A DNA stretch of 64,000 nt. Origin: an uncultured Gemmatimonadaceae bacterium. GTDB taxonomy: Bacteria > Gemmatimonadota > Gemmatimonadetes > Gemmatimonadales > Gemmatimonadaceae. Both the position numbers and the translations under genes were made by a program. Each line of letters starts with the position of its first letter. Position 1 is the first letter of the stretch. Shown in pieces: positions 22,701 to 31,714 of the stretch. Where the stretch lies: positions 640,001 to 704,000 of the forward strand of contig CAWJMB010000002.1 of the NCBI GenBank assembly GCA_963843845.1, given 5' to 3'. The notes under the pieces were generated by a model. That model searched no databases. It was not told the DNA's origin and saw only the letters and a program-made list of their open reading frames with translations.

Positions 22701-23075
22701 GTCGCTCGGCGCGATCGCGAGGTCGCCGCCCGAGACGCACCGCTCGGCGTCGAAGATCGGGCGGAACGTCGTGCCGTTGTTCGTCGTCTTCCACACGCCG
22801 CCCCCGGCGGCCACGACGTAGAACGTCTTCGACGGCGACGGAATCCCTTCGACGTCCGCGACGCGCCCACCCATGTTCGTCGGGCCGATCGGGCGCCAGC
22901 GCATCGACTGCATGCTGACGGAGTCGACCTTCATCGTCGCGGTCGTACGGGGCGACATCGCGGCGTTCGGCCCCCCGGCTTTCGTGACCGGTTGCTGCGC
23001 GAGGGCGACGGGCGCCGCGGCCGCGACGAGCGAGATCGCGGCGATCAGTACAGGAGAACCCACCGGATGTGGCAT
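19728..23075 (-). CDS. Secreted VPS10/sortilin-like BNR-repeat beta-propeller protein (putative glycosyl hydrolase)
   Basis: Signal peptide; WRPIGP..GGRV; many S/TxDGGxT/SW Asp-boxes; GGLQDNGSW; GGDGF. Confidence 0.85.
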   Translation of the reverse strand: MPHPVGSPVLIAAISLVAAAAPVALAQQPVTKAGGPNAAMSPRTTATMKVDSVSMQSMRWRPIGPTNMGGRVADVEGIPSPSKTFYVVAAGGGVWKTTNNGTTFRPIFDAERCVSGGDLAIAPSDTNVLYLGTGEPNSRNSISPGCGVYRSADGGRSWQFVGLKGSEHVGRIVVDPRDANVAYIAALGPAWRSGGERGLYKTTDGGKSWQLLKSVGDKAGFVDVELDPSNPDIVWAASYERARGPYFLNSGGPGSGLWKSTDAGRTFTQVKGGGLPTSTLGRIEIAIAASNPRVMYLMVEADTLPKAKSADRPQTRPSGLYRSEDGGATWTRTNGENVRPFYYSQVRVDPKNPDRVYWSSTPVKVSDDGGKTARNATVGIHVDHHAQWIDPNDPSRFVVGDDGGVAITFDRGGTYNFLNTIPLAQFYNVSYDMAVPYRVCGGLQDNGSWCGPSRRKSGPITSAMWATVAGGDGFVTAQDPSDPNTVYAESQGGNMSRIDLVTGERTALQKPNWRNRYTQFEDSILIERPDSTTPLSADQRRRLADIRARQLADSVDTDLRWNWNTPFFLSWHNPKVFYAAANRVLKSTSRGDNLYFISPDLTTRDTMKIRVSTRTTGGITTDATGAETYSTIVSLNESPVKAGMLFAGTDDGKVWVTGNDGATWTDLTSRIAGVPANTYVSRIEPSWKDTATFYVTFDNHRRGDFTPYVYMTRDGGRTFRSIVSNLPTGSADFVHVIREDPVNQELLYLGTDVGVYVSLDRGGSWQRFMTGLPTVPVHDLRIHPRDRELIAGTHGRGVWIADVAPLQEMTARTIAAATHVFTPKTALQYGETPMEGQSTGNQYWAAPSPAYGAEIVYRIAPGAQVAGPVRVAVLNAMGDTLRAWTNAPNTAGVHRVLWDMRDRPAAAAPLSPAQRRDSVVNARRVIAVVDSLVKANALPAAMADRVKAAASGGQTAMQELMASMGAGGGGGGGGRGGGGGANARGTITPVGYPAYVERPAEAAAAAARGGGAGAAAQGEGMPREGGEGGAPGMDASNMGTVFQAIQAATRGRGFGGGGGFGGGSGLVPTGTYQVAVTIDGQTTRVPLRVERVSGSGGVSPFPGDEDEPGREPVRR

Positions 23076-23183
23076 GGCTTCGCGAGTGGAGGAACACCGA
23101 ACGACCGGACCGCGCGTCTCACGCGGGCGGTCAATGGCGCCAACAATACTCGCACGAAGAAATGTTTGTAGCGAGGGGAACGC

Positions 23184-23220
23184 AGAACGGGCCGGAGCGA
23201 CGTTCGCTCCGGCCCGTTCT
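23184..23220 (-). terminator. Terminator-like hairpin downstream of the NIDO/PEP-CTERM gene
   Basis: AGAACGGGCCGGAGCGA-CGT-TCGCTCCGGCCCGTTCT, 17-bp perfect stem. Confidence 0.7.
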
Positions 23221-23248
23221 GCCGACGTGCGGGACCGCGGCTACGACC

Positions 23249-24646
23249 TCACACGCTCGTGTCGCGGCGGCGGCGCGCCACGACGCCGAGGCCGAGGAGC
23301 CCCGTGCCGAGCAGTGCCCACGTGCCGGGCTCCGGCGTCGCGAGCGCGCCGACCTGGACGAGCGCAGTCATCTGGAAGCTGCCCGTGTTCCCCGCGAACT
23401 GCAGGAAGGTCGGGAACGGCGCGGCCGTCGACGGATCGATGAGCGGATCGATGCCCGTGACGCGGAAGGACGAGATCCCGGCGCCGAAGCTGAACGGGTT
23501 GCCGCCCGACAGGCTCGAGCAGGTCGCCGCATCTGCCGGGTCGAGGCAGAGCGTGAACGGGCCCATCTGCCCCGGCAGGGTCGGGAGGATGACCGACGTG
23601 AACAGCGTGCCGTCGAGCGCGAGGTAGTCGAAGCCGTACGCGTTCGGCGGATCGAACCACCGGCCGCTCGGCGCGTTCCGGAAGATGAACGTCGGGCCGA
23701 GCTCCGGGAAATTCGGGCTCGGGGGATCGATCTGGCTGGGGAGGAGCGGGTTCGCCTGCGTCGCGCCCGGCACGCCGTCCTCGCTGTTGCGCACCTGGAA
23801 GACGTAGCGGCCGAGGATCGGATTGCCGTTCACGTCGAACGCGCCGAAGCTGTTCGAGATCAGCGCGCTCGGGCCGCCGTCGATGAAGTCACCGCTCACA
23901 CCCGAGCCGGAGAGCTCGGTGTACGTGCCCGCGACGCCGGTGCCGGCCGAGAAGCCGGCGCGTGCCGGATTGCCGCCGAAGCCGTTGACGCCGCCGCTCG
24001 CGCTCCCCGTCTCCCAGTTGATCGTCTCGTAGTTGAACTCGATGTCGAAGTCGCCCGCGCGCACGTCCGCGCGCTCGATCAGGTTCAACTGGAAGGTGTT
24101 CGTCTTGTCGACCTGGCCGCTGTAGTACCCGACGTCGCTCCAGGTCACCGAAAAGACGTTGCGGCCGATGCCGTCGAACGTGCCCGCGCTGTAGGCGTTG
24201 AACGACGTGAACCCGATCGCGTCGGGACGCAGGATCGCGTTGCCGCTCGCGTCGAGCCCGAAGTTGCGCGTCCGGACGTTGCGCGTGTCGACGTCCGCGA
24301 AGAAGGGCGCGATGATCGGCGGAATGCCGCCGCTCGTCAGCCCGAACGGCGTGAACGTCTGCAGGCCTCCGCCGAACGTCACGTTGCCGTTGTTGTTCAC
24401 CGAGAGCTGGGTGAACGTCTGCCCGAAGTAGTTGACCTCGAACCCGATGTTGATCGGGTAGAGGAACTCGTCGTCGTTGCCGGCGAACACGTTCTGGTGT
24501 CCGGTCGGGAGCGACCCGATCTGCGTGCTCTGGTCGGACGCGTAGATCGTCGCACGCGGGCCGCGCACGGGAGAGTTCTGTGCGACGGCGAGGAACGGCG
24601 TGGCGAGCACTGCCGCGATGGCTGTGACTCGAAGGGTGCGCATCAT
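23249..24646 (-). CDS. Nidogen-like (NIDO) domain protein with PEP-CTERM sorting signal
   Basis: Signal peptide; VNNNGNVTF, IIAPFFADVDTR, NTFQL, IEFNY..WETG; C-terminal TPEPGTWALLGTGLLGLGVVARRRR. Confidence 0.85.
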   Translation of the reverse strand: MMRTLRVTAIAAVLATPFLAVAQNSPVRGPRATIYASDQSTQIGSLPTGHQNVFAGNDDEFLYPINIGFEVNYFGQTFTQLSVNNNGNVTFGGGLQTFTPFGLTSGGIPPIIAPFFADVDTRNVRTRNFGLDASGNAILRPDAIGFTSFNAYSAGTFDGIGRNVFSVTWSDVGYYSGQVDKTNTFQLNLIERADVRAGDFDIEFNYETINWETGSASGGVNGFGGNPARAGFSAGTGVAGTYTELSGSGVSGDFIDGGPSALISNSFGAFDVNGNPILGRYVFQVRNSEDGVPGATQANPLLPSQIDPPSPNFPELGPTFIFRNAPSGRWFDPPNAYGFDYLALDGTLFTSVILPTLPGQMGPFTLCLDPADAATCSSLSGGNPFSFGAGISSFRVTGIDPLIDPSTAAPFPTFLQFAGNTGSFQMTALVQVGALATPEPGTWALLGTGLLGLGVVARRRRDTSV

Positions 24647-24820
24647 CTTCTTCCGGGAACTGGGTGGTGCTACTCGGTGAGGCAGCTGTGGCGGCGGGAC
24701 GACGGAGGGGGCACTGCGAGGGCTATGATTGCATGCCCGACAGGAATCTGCAATAGCGCATCTCCCCCACACGGCTCACGCGTAGCGACGCTGCCGATCT
24801 GCTCACAGGCCCGCACACCG

Positions 24821-25902
<1,082 letters not shown>

Positions 25903-25906
<4 letters not shown>

Positions 25907-26826
25907 TTCGCCACCGGCATCCCCGACGTCACCCACGCCGTCCACCACAGGTCGCGCAGCATCGTCGCGCCGGCAGCCAGGCGCGTGGCGACGAACGCGC
26001 GGTGCGGGGCGCTCGTGGTCGTCGGCGTGAATGGTGCCTGCTTCTCGAGGTCGTAGAGACGCGTCAGCTCCGCGCTCGACCGTCGCAGGTAGGCGATCGT
26101 GCCGGCGCGCACGTCGTCGTGAACGCGGGCGTCGCGGGCGATGAGCGGCGTCACGGCGCCAGGAACGATCTGCGCCTGCACGAACGCGCTCTCGAACCGC
26201 CCGTGCATCGTCCGGTCGGTCGAGTAGCCGCGCGGGTTGTCGACGCCGCTCGCCCATCCGTTGTAGTGCTTGCTCGTGTGCATCGGGTTCGACCCGTCAG
26301 CGACGTAGTGGCCGAGGATCCCGGCGTCGTCGATGATGCGCTGCTCGATCCAGCGGCGCGTGGTCGAGTCGGGGGCGACGCGCCAGAGCCGGAAGTCCAC
26401 GCGCAGCCGCTGCGTCAGCTCGACGATGCGGAACGGCAGCACGCCGACCGTCGGCGCGTCGAGCCTGAGCGCGCGGAGCGTGTCGGCGTACGCGTAGCGC
26501 GACGGCGCGGCGAGCGCGTTCACGAGGCGCTCGGTCGGCACCATGTCCGCGTTGAGGAAGTGGTCCGGCGCTGTCGCCGCGTCCAGTGCCGGGTCGAGCT
26601 CGCGCTCGGCGCGCTCCCGCCAGCGGTCGGGCTCGGGGTTCAGGTAGGCGAGCTGCAAGCTCGCGCGGCGGAAGAACGCGGGCATCGCCGGCGGCAGCGC
26701 GTCGGCCGCCGCCTTGCCGATCAGTCGGTGGCCGGCGTCGCCCCACGCCTCGGTCGCCGCGGGGCGCGTGAGCAGCACGGCGCCGGCCGCGGCGAGCGTG
26801 AGCGCGAGAGTCGAAGCGCGTCGCAT
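25903..26826 (-). CDS. S1/P1 nuclease / Zn-dependent phospholipase C family protein
   Basis: Signal ending AEA-like TEA then WGDAGH; PDRWR; DHF; GHYVADGSNPMH; MHGRFE. Confidence 0.85.
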
Positions 26827-26910
26827 GCGCCCATGCTCGCCCACCCGCTCGCCGGAGTCAACTCTCGGTTCGTTCGGCAGCGGCACGTTTCGGGCAGTGC
26901 GACGCCACGC

Positions 26911-27444
26911 ATGAGCACACACGATACGAGGACGGCGTCACACGGCGGCCACGGCGATTCGAGCGTGGTGCGTGTCGGCGTGACCGCAGGCATCATCGGC
27001 GCGACAGCGGTCGCGCTCTGGTTCGTCGTCGTCGACCTCATCGCCGGACGACCGCTCTTCACTCCCGCGTTCCTCGGCGGCGTGCTCGCCGGCGACCCGA
27101 GCCCGCAGGTCGCCGCCGGACCGAACCGCCTGTGGTGGGCGGCGCTCTACACGCCGGTGCACTACCTCATGTTCGGCGTCGCCGGGGTCGCCGCCGCGGC
27201 CATCATGCGGCAGTCGGCGCGCATCCCCGCGGTCGGTGCGCTTTCCGTGATGCTGCTGTTGGCGTTCGCGGTCGCGTTCTCCGGCCTCGTCGCCGTGCTG
27301 GAACGCAGTGCGCTCGGCACGCTCGCGTGGTACCAGCTCGCGGCCGGCGGACTGGCCGGCGGGGTGGCGATGGGCGCGTACCTGTTCCTGCGCGGACGCA
27401 CCCCGTCGCCTGACCCTGCCGCCGGTCGTCCATCTACGGCGTGA
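26911..27444 (+). CDS. Hypothetical integral membrane protein (about 4 TM helices)
   Basis: Hydrophobic segments; AGIIGATAVALWF..GRPLFTP..YTPVH. Confidence 0.7.
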   Translation: MSTHDTRTASHGGHGDSSVVRVGVTAGIIGATAVALWFVVVDLIAGRPLFTPAFLGGVLAGDPSPQVAAGPNRLWWAALYTPVHYLMFGVAGVAAAAIMRQSARIPAVGALSVMLLLAFAVAFSGLVAVLERSALGTLAWYQLAAGGLAGGVAMGAYLFLRGRTPSPDPAAGRPSTA

Positions 27445-27820
27445 ACTCCTTGTATCCCGTCTTCGTGTCCGCCCGCGTGATCGCGACGCGGTAGCGCACG
27501 CCGGCGGTGAGCCGCGGCTCGGTGTTGATCGTCTGCACCGCGCCGCCGGGCACGACGCCGTGCGTCACCGGCGACGGCAGCGCCTGCGCGAGGTGCGCGA
27601 CGCCCCAGACGATCGTGCCCGGCGCCGAGGTGCGCACGATGCTCACGCTGTACCCGAGCCCGCCCGGCCACGTGTACGTCGGCGTGCCGCCGCTCGAGAT
27701 CTGGATGTCGAACGCGCTCCCCCCCGAGCCGCCGTCGTCGGGACTCGTCGAGTCGGAGCCGCAGCTCGCCATGCCCGCGGCTGTCGCGATCGCGGCGCCG
27801 GCCACCAGCAGGCGGCGCAT
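27434..27820 (-). CDS. Small hypothetical lipoprotein
   Basis: MRRLLVAGAA..MASC lipobox; TGATG overlap with the upstream gene. Confidence 0.7.
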   Translation of the reverse strand: MRRLLVAGAAIATAAGMASCGSDSTSPDDGGSGGSAFDIQISSGGTPTYTWPGGLGYSVSIVRTSAPGTIVWGVAHLAQALPSPVTHGVVPGGAVQTINTEPRLTAGVRYRVAITRADTKTGYKEFTP

Positions 27821-28848
27821 CACTTGGCCTTCTCCGCCGTGGCCGTCTTGCCGACCGCCATGTTGAACGCCATCGCGCTGCGCAGCACGCCGGCCGAGTA
27901 CGCCGTCTTGTCGACCTTGAGCCCCCACGTCCCGCTCTTCGACTGCAGATCCGCGCCGAGCGAGCCGAGCTGCGACAGGCCGCTCGCGATCGCGTTGGCG
28001 AACTTCGGCGAGTCGTCACTCGCGTCGCCGATCACGCCCACCGAGTCGACGACGTCGCCGATCGCGCTCTTGAGCCTGATCGAGCCCCAGGCGCCTTTCG
28101 CGGTCCAGAACGGCGCGGAGCCGGTCACGACCATCTCGGGGAACACGCTCACCGAGGCGCCGCGCGACGAGATGCCGTGCTTCTTCGAGCCGGTCAGCAG
28201 TGGCGCGTCGACGACGAGCTCGGGAACCATGACCGCCGCGTCCATCTCCTTCGCGACCTTGCGGAAGCCCCAGCCGTAGCCCTGAAGCGGCGGGTCGATG
28301 GCCTGCGCGTCGCTCGGGAACGCCATCAGGTACGTGTTCTTCGAGCCCGTCGGGCCGCCGGTCGGCATGCCGTAGTCGGCGTCGGGCTTGTAGCGCTTCA
28401 TCCCGGCGACGTCCGCATTGTCCTTGATGTCGTCGTAGGTCAGCACCGTGTACCCCGCCGTTCGCAGTCGAGCGACGAGGTCGTCCTGGACCTGCTTCGC
28501 GAGCGACTGCACGTACGCCTTGTCGAGACCGGCGACGACGAACTTCCCCTTCGCTTTGGCGGTGCGGTTGTCGCTCTCGAAGAACCGGCCCTGGTTCACG
28601 ACCGTCAGCGAGCCGCGCGTCGCCAGCCGAACCAGTACCGTCGGGACGATGATCTTCGTCATCCCTTTGAAATGCTTTCCTCCGTCGACGTCGATCTTTC
28701 CATCGAGCGAGATCGGCTCGCCCTGATCGGACGCATGGGCGGCGCTCGGCGACGGCCCTTGAGCGGCGAGTGGGGCAGCGGTCAGCGTGGCGAGGGCGAC
28801 GGCGAGCGTCGCGCGAGACAGCAGCGGCAGGGTCGGCATACGAGGCAT
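27820..28848 (-). CDS. Hypothetical secreted protein
   Basis: Signal peptide ending LAAQ; coding-like codon pattern; GGAG upstream of the start. Confidence 0.75.
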   Translation of the reverse strand: MPRMPTLPLLSRATLAVALATLTAAPLAAQGPSPSAAHASDQGEPISLDGKIDVDGGKHFKGMTKIIVPTVLVRLATRGSLTVVNQGRFFESDNRTAKAKGKFVVAGLDKAYVQSLAKQVQDDLVARLRTAGYTVLTYDDIKDNADVAGMKRYKPDADYGMPTGGPTGSKNTYLMAFPSDAQAIDPPLQGYGWGFRKVAKEMDAAVMVPELVVDAPLLTGSKKHGISSRGASVSVFPEMVVTGSAPFWTAKGAWGSIRLKSAIGDVVDSVGVIGDASDDSPKFANAIASGLSQLGSLGADLQSKSGTWGLKVDKTAYSAGVLRSAMAFNMAVGKTATAEKAK

Positions 28849-28963
28849 CTCCAGAGGATGAATCAGGCACCGCGGGCGCGGCGCGACGAGCGTGGAGGGA
28901 AGATGGGACGCGACGTCATGCCGCTCTCAACATGTCAACAGGTTGTGGCGTAAGCAGTTACCT

Positions 28964-31714
28964 ATGTCATCCTCCCACTTCCGCCTCGTCACGCTCGGCC
29001 GGATGGCGCTCGTCGCGCCGACGGGCGAGGAGGACGCGTCGCTCGGAACGCGGCGGCGGAAGCTCGCGCTGCTGGCACTGCTCGCGCTCGCCCGGCGTCC
29101 CCTGTCGCGCGACCTGCTCGTCGAGATGTTCTGGGGCGACCAGGCGGAGGAGCGCGCCCGCCACTCGCTGAGCGACGCGCTGTCGCACCTCCGCCGCGCC
29201 CTCGGCGCCGGCTCGATCACGACGCGGCGGGCGGAAGTGGCGCTCGATCCGGCGACGCCGCTCGCGGTCGACGTGCTGGAGTTGGCGGCCGCCGCCGACG
29301 CGCGTCGGTGGGGGGACGTCGTCGCGCTCTACGCCGGACCGTTTCTCGACGGCGTGCACGTCGCCGGGTCGCCGCGCTGGGAGCAGTGGGTGGACCAGCA
29401 GCGTCGCCAGATCGACGCCGCGTTCGAGAGCGCCTGCCGCGCCGAGTGTCTGCGACTCGCCGCCGAGGGAGAGAGAGGAGACGAGGGCGCGTGGAGCGAC
29501 TGCGCCGAGCTGGCGCAACGCTGGCTCGATCGTGCCCCACTTTCCGGAGACGCGGGTCGCCATCTCGTCGTGGCGCTCGCCGCGGACGGGACGCGTGACG
29601 CGGCCGTCCGCTCGCTCGACGAACACGACCGGCTCGTGCGGCACCTGCGCGCCGAGTACGGCGCGGCGCCCGATCCGGCGGTGACCGAGGCTGCGCAGGT
29701 GGTCGCAGCGCGACTGGCGACGATCCCGGCTGCGATCGTGCCGGATCGCGGGGAGGATGCTGCGCCGGGTTCCGTGCCGAACGCCGCGACCGGCCCGGCG
29801 CCGAGCGAGCCGCAGCCGGGATCGCGAGCCCGCTCCGCGTTCGGCCGTCGCGCACTCGTCGTCGGGGCGGTCGCGGCGACGCTGCTGATCGCGGCCGCCG
29901 TCATCGTCGCGACGGGGCGCCCGTGGCGTGGCGCCGACCTGCAGGCCGCGGCCCCGGGGCTGAGCGGACGAGTGCTCGTCGCCGACCTGCAGAGCAGCGG
30001 CGCCGACTACGCGTATGCGCTCCTCGTCGGCGAGGCGCTGCGCATCGGACTCGCCGCGACGCCGTCGCTCCGCGTCGTCGACGCCGGGGCGGTGGGGAGC
30101 GCGCTCGTCCGCGTGCAGCGCCCGTCGACGACGCCGGTCGACGCGCTCGTGGCGCGCGAGCTCGCTCGCAACGAACGGCTCGCGGCGATCGTCGTCGGCT
30201 CGGTGCGCGTCGGCCCGAACGGCGTCGCGCTCGCGGCGTCGATCGAATCGCCGACCGGGACCGTTCTCGCGCGAGCGGACGCGGTCGCGGCCGACACGAC
30301 GCAGCTCATCGCCGCGGCCGACACACTCGTTCGCCAGCTTCGGCGCGGCATCGGTGACGGCGCGAACGACGCGGCGACGTCCTCACTCGCCGCTGTCGCG
30401 ACGACATCGCCGCGCGCCCTCGAGCGCTACACACAGGCCGCACGCGCCGAGCGCGACGGCGGCATGGGCGACCGCGCGGTCGCGCTGCTCGAGGAGGCCG
30501 TCGCGCTCGACACGACGTTCGCGCTCGCCTACCGCCGCCTCGGACTGCTCCTCGACGAGAATCCGTATACGCGGGCGCGCATGGTCGATGCGCTGACGCG
30601 CGCGGAGCGGCACGCCGACCGCCTTCCCCCGCGCGACCGGCTGCACACCGCGGGCGTGTATCACATGCTCGTCACCGGTGACTACGGACGCGCCGCCGCG
30701 CTCTACCGCGAGATGCTCGCGCTGCAGCCCGACGACGGCGGGTCGTGGCACAACCTGGGCATGATCTACCAGTACATCGGCGACGAGCGGCGGGGCGCCG
30801 ACGCGTACGCCCGTGCGATCGCGATCGACCCCCGCAGCGCGTCGACCTGGTCGAACCTCATCGACGCCCGCTACGCGTCGGGCGACTCGGCTGGCGCGTG
30901 GCGGGCGATCGAAGAGATGAGCCGAACGCTCCCCGGGCATCGCGTTCTCTTCTCCCAGACCGCCGCGCTCGCCGCCGCCGACGGCGATTTCGCGCGGGCC
31001 GAGCAGGAGCTGTCGTCGTCGATCGCGGCGAACCCGAACAGCCCGCGCTCGATGGCGATCGACTACGCACTGCTCTCGTCGGTGTACTGGGCGGCCGGGC
31101 GCACCGACGACGGCGACGCGGCGCGGCGCGAGGCGATCCGGCTCGATCGGCGGCGCCGCGCGCACGAGACGGCGCTGCAGGGAGAGCTCGTGCTCGCCGC
31201 CGCGGCCGCCTGGCTCCGGCACGATCCGGGTGAGACCCGCCGCCGAGTCGTCGCCGCGCTCGCCGCGACGCCGATCGACCGCCTACCGCCGCTCGACCGG
31301 CCGTATCTCGACCTCGCGACGGCGTGGGCGTTGGGCGGCGATCCGGCGCGCGCCAGGGCGACCCTCGCGACGTACGAGCGGCTGACTCCCGAACCGGTCC
31401 GCCGCCAGAACGCCGGCGCCTGGCATCAGGCGCTCGGCAGCGTCGCGCTCGCGGAGCGACGGTATGACGACGCGATCGCGGAATTCCGCCGCGTCGCCGG
31501 CCCGCTCTGCACCGTCTGCGGGCTCGGCGAGCTGGCGGTGGCGTACGACGCGGTCGGCAGGGCCGACTCGGCGCGTGCCGTCTCCGCGCGCTTCCTGCGC
31601 ACGCGGACACTGCGGCGGGTCGACATGACCGACGGCTTCCACCGCCGGCGCGCGCTCGAGCGCGTGGGTACGGAGCGCGCGCTCGCCTCGCGGTCTACTG
31701 CACCGTCTTCGTGA
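28964..31714 (+). CDS. SARP/BTAD-type DNA-binding protein with TM helix and TPR repeats
   Basis: LVTLG..LALLALLA..SRDLLVEMFWGD..ARHSLSDALSHLRRALG..LYAGPFLDG; TM ALVVGAVAATLLIAAAVIV; TPRs such as EEAVALDTTFALAY and WHNLG. Confidence 0.85.
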   Translation: MSSSHFRLVTLGRMALVAPTGEEDASLGTRRRKLALLALLALARRPLSRDLLVEMFWGDQAEERARHSLSDALSHLRRALGAGSITTRRAEVALDPATPLAVDVLELAAAADARRWGDVVALYAGPFLDGVHVAGSPRWEQWVDQQRRQIDAAFESACRAECLRLAAEGERGDEGAWSDCAELAQRWLDRAPLSGDAGRHLVVALAADGTRDAAVRSLDEHDRLVRHLRAEYGAAPDPAVTEAAQVVAARLATIPAAIVPDRGEDAAPGSVPNAATGPAPSEPQPGSRARSAFGRRALVVGAVAATLLIAAAVIVATGRPWRGADLQAAAPGLSGRVLVADLQSSGADYAYALLVGEALRIGLAATPSLRVVDAGAVGSALVRVQRPSTTPVDALVARELARNERLAAIVVGSVRVGPNGVALAASIESPTGTVLARADAVAADTTQLIAAADTLVRQLRRGIGDGANDAATSSLAAVATTSPRALERYTQAARAERDGGMGDRAVALLEEAVALDTTFALAYRRLGLLLDENPYTRARMVDALTRAERHADRLPPRDRLHTAGVYHMLVTGDYGRAAALYREMLALQPDDGGSWHNLGMIYQYIGDERRGADAYARAIAIDPRSASTWSNLIDARYASGDSAGAWRAIEEMSRTLPGHRVLFSQTAALAAADGDFARAEQELSSSIAANPNSPRSMAIDYALLSSVYWAAGRTDDGDAARREAIRLDRRRRAHETALQGELVLAAAAAWLRHDPGETRRRVVAALAATPIDRLPPLDRPYLDLATAWALGGDPARARATLATYERLTPEPVRRQNAGAWHQALGSVALAERRYDDAIAEFRRVAGPLCTVCGLGELAVAYDAVGRADSARAVSARFLRTRTLRRVDMTDGFHRRRALERVGTERALASRSTAPSS

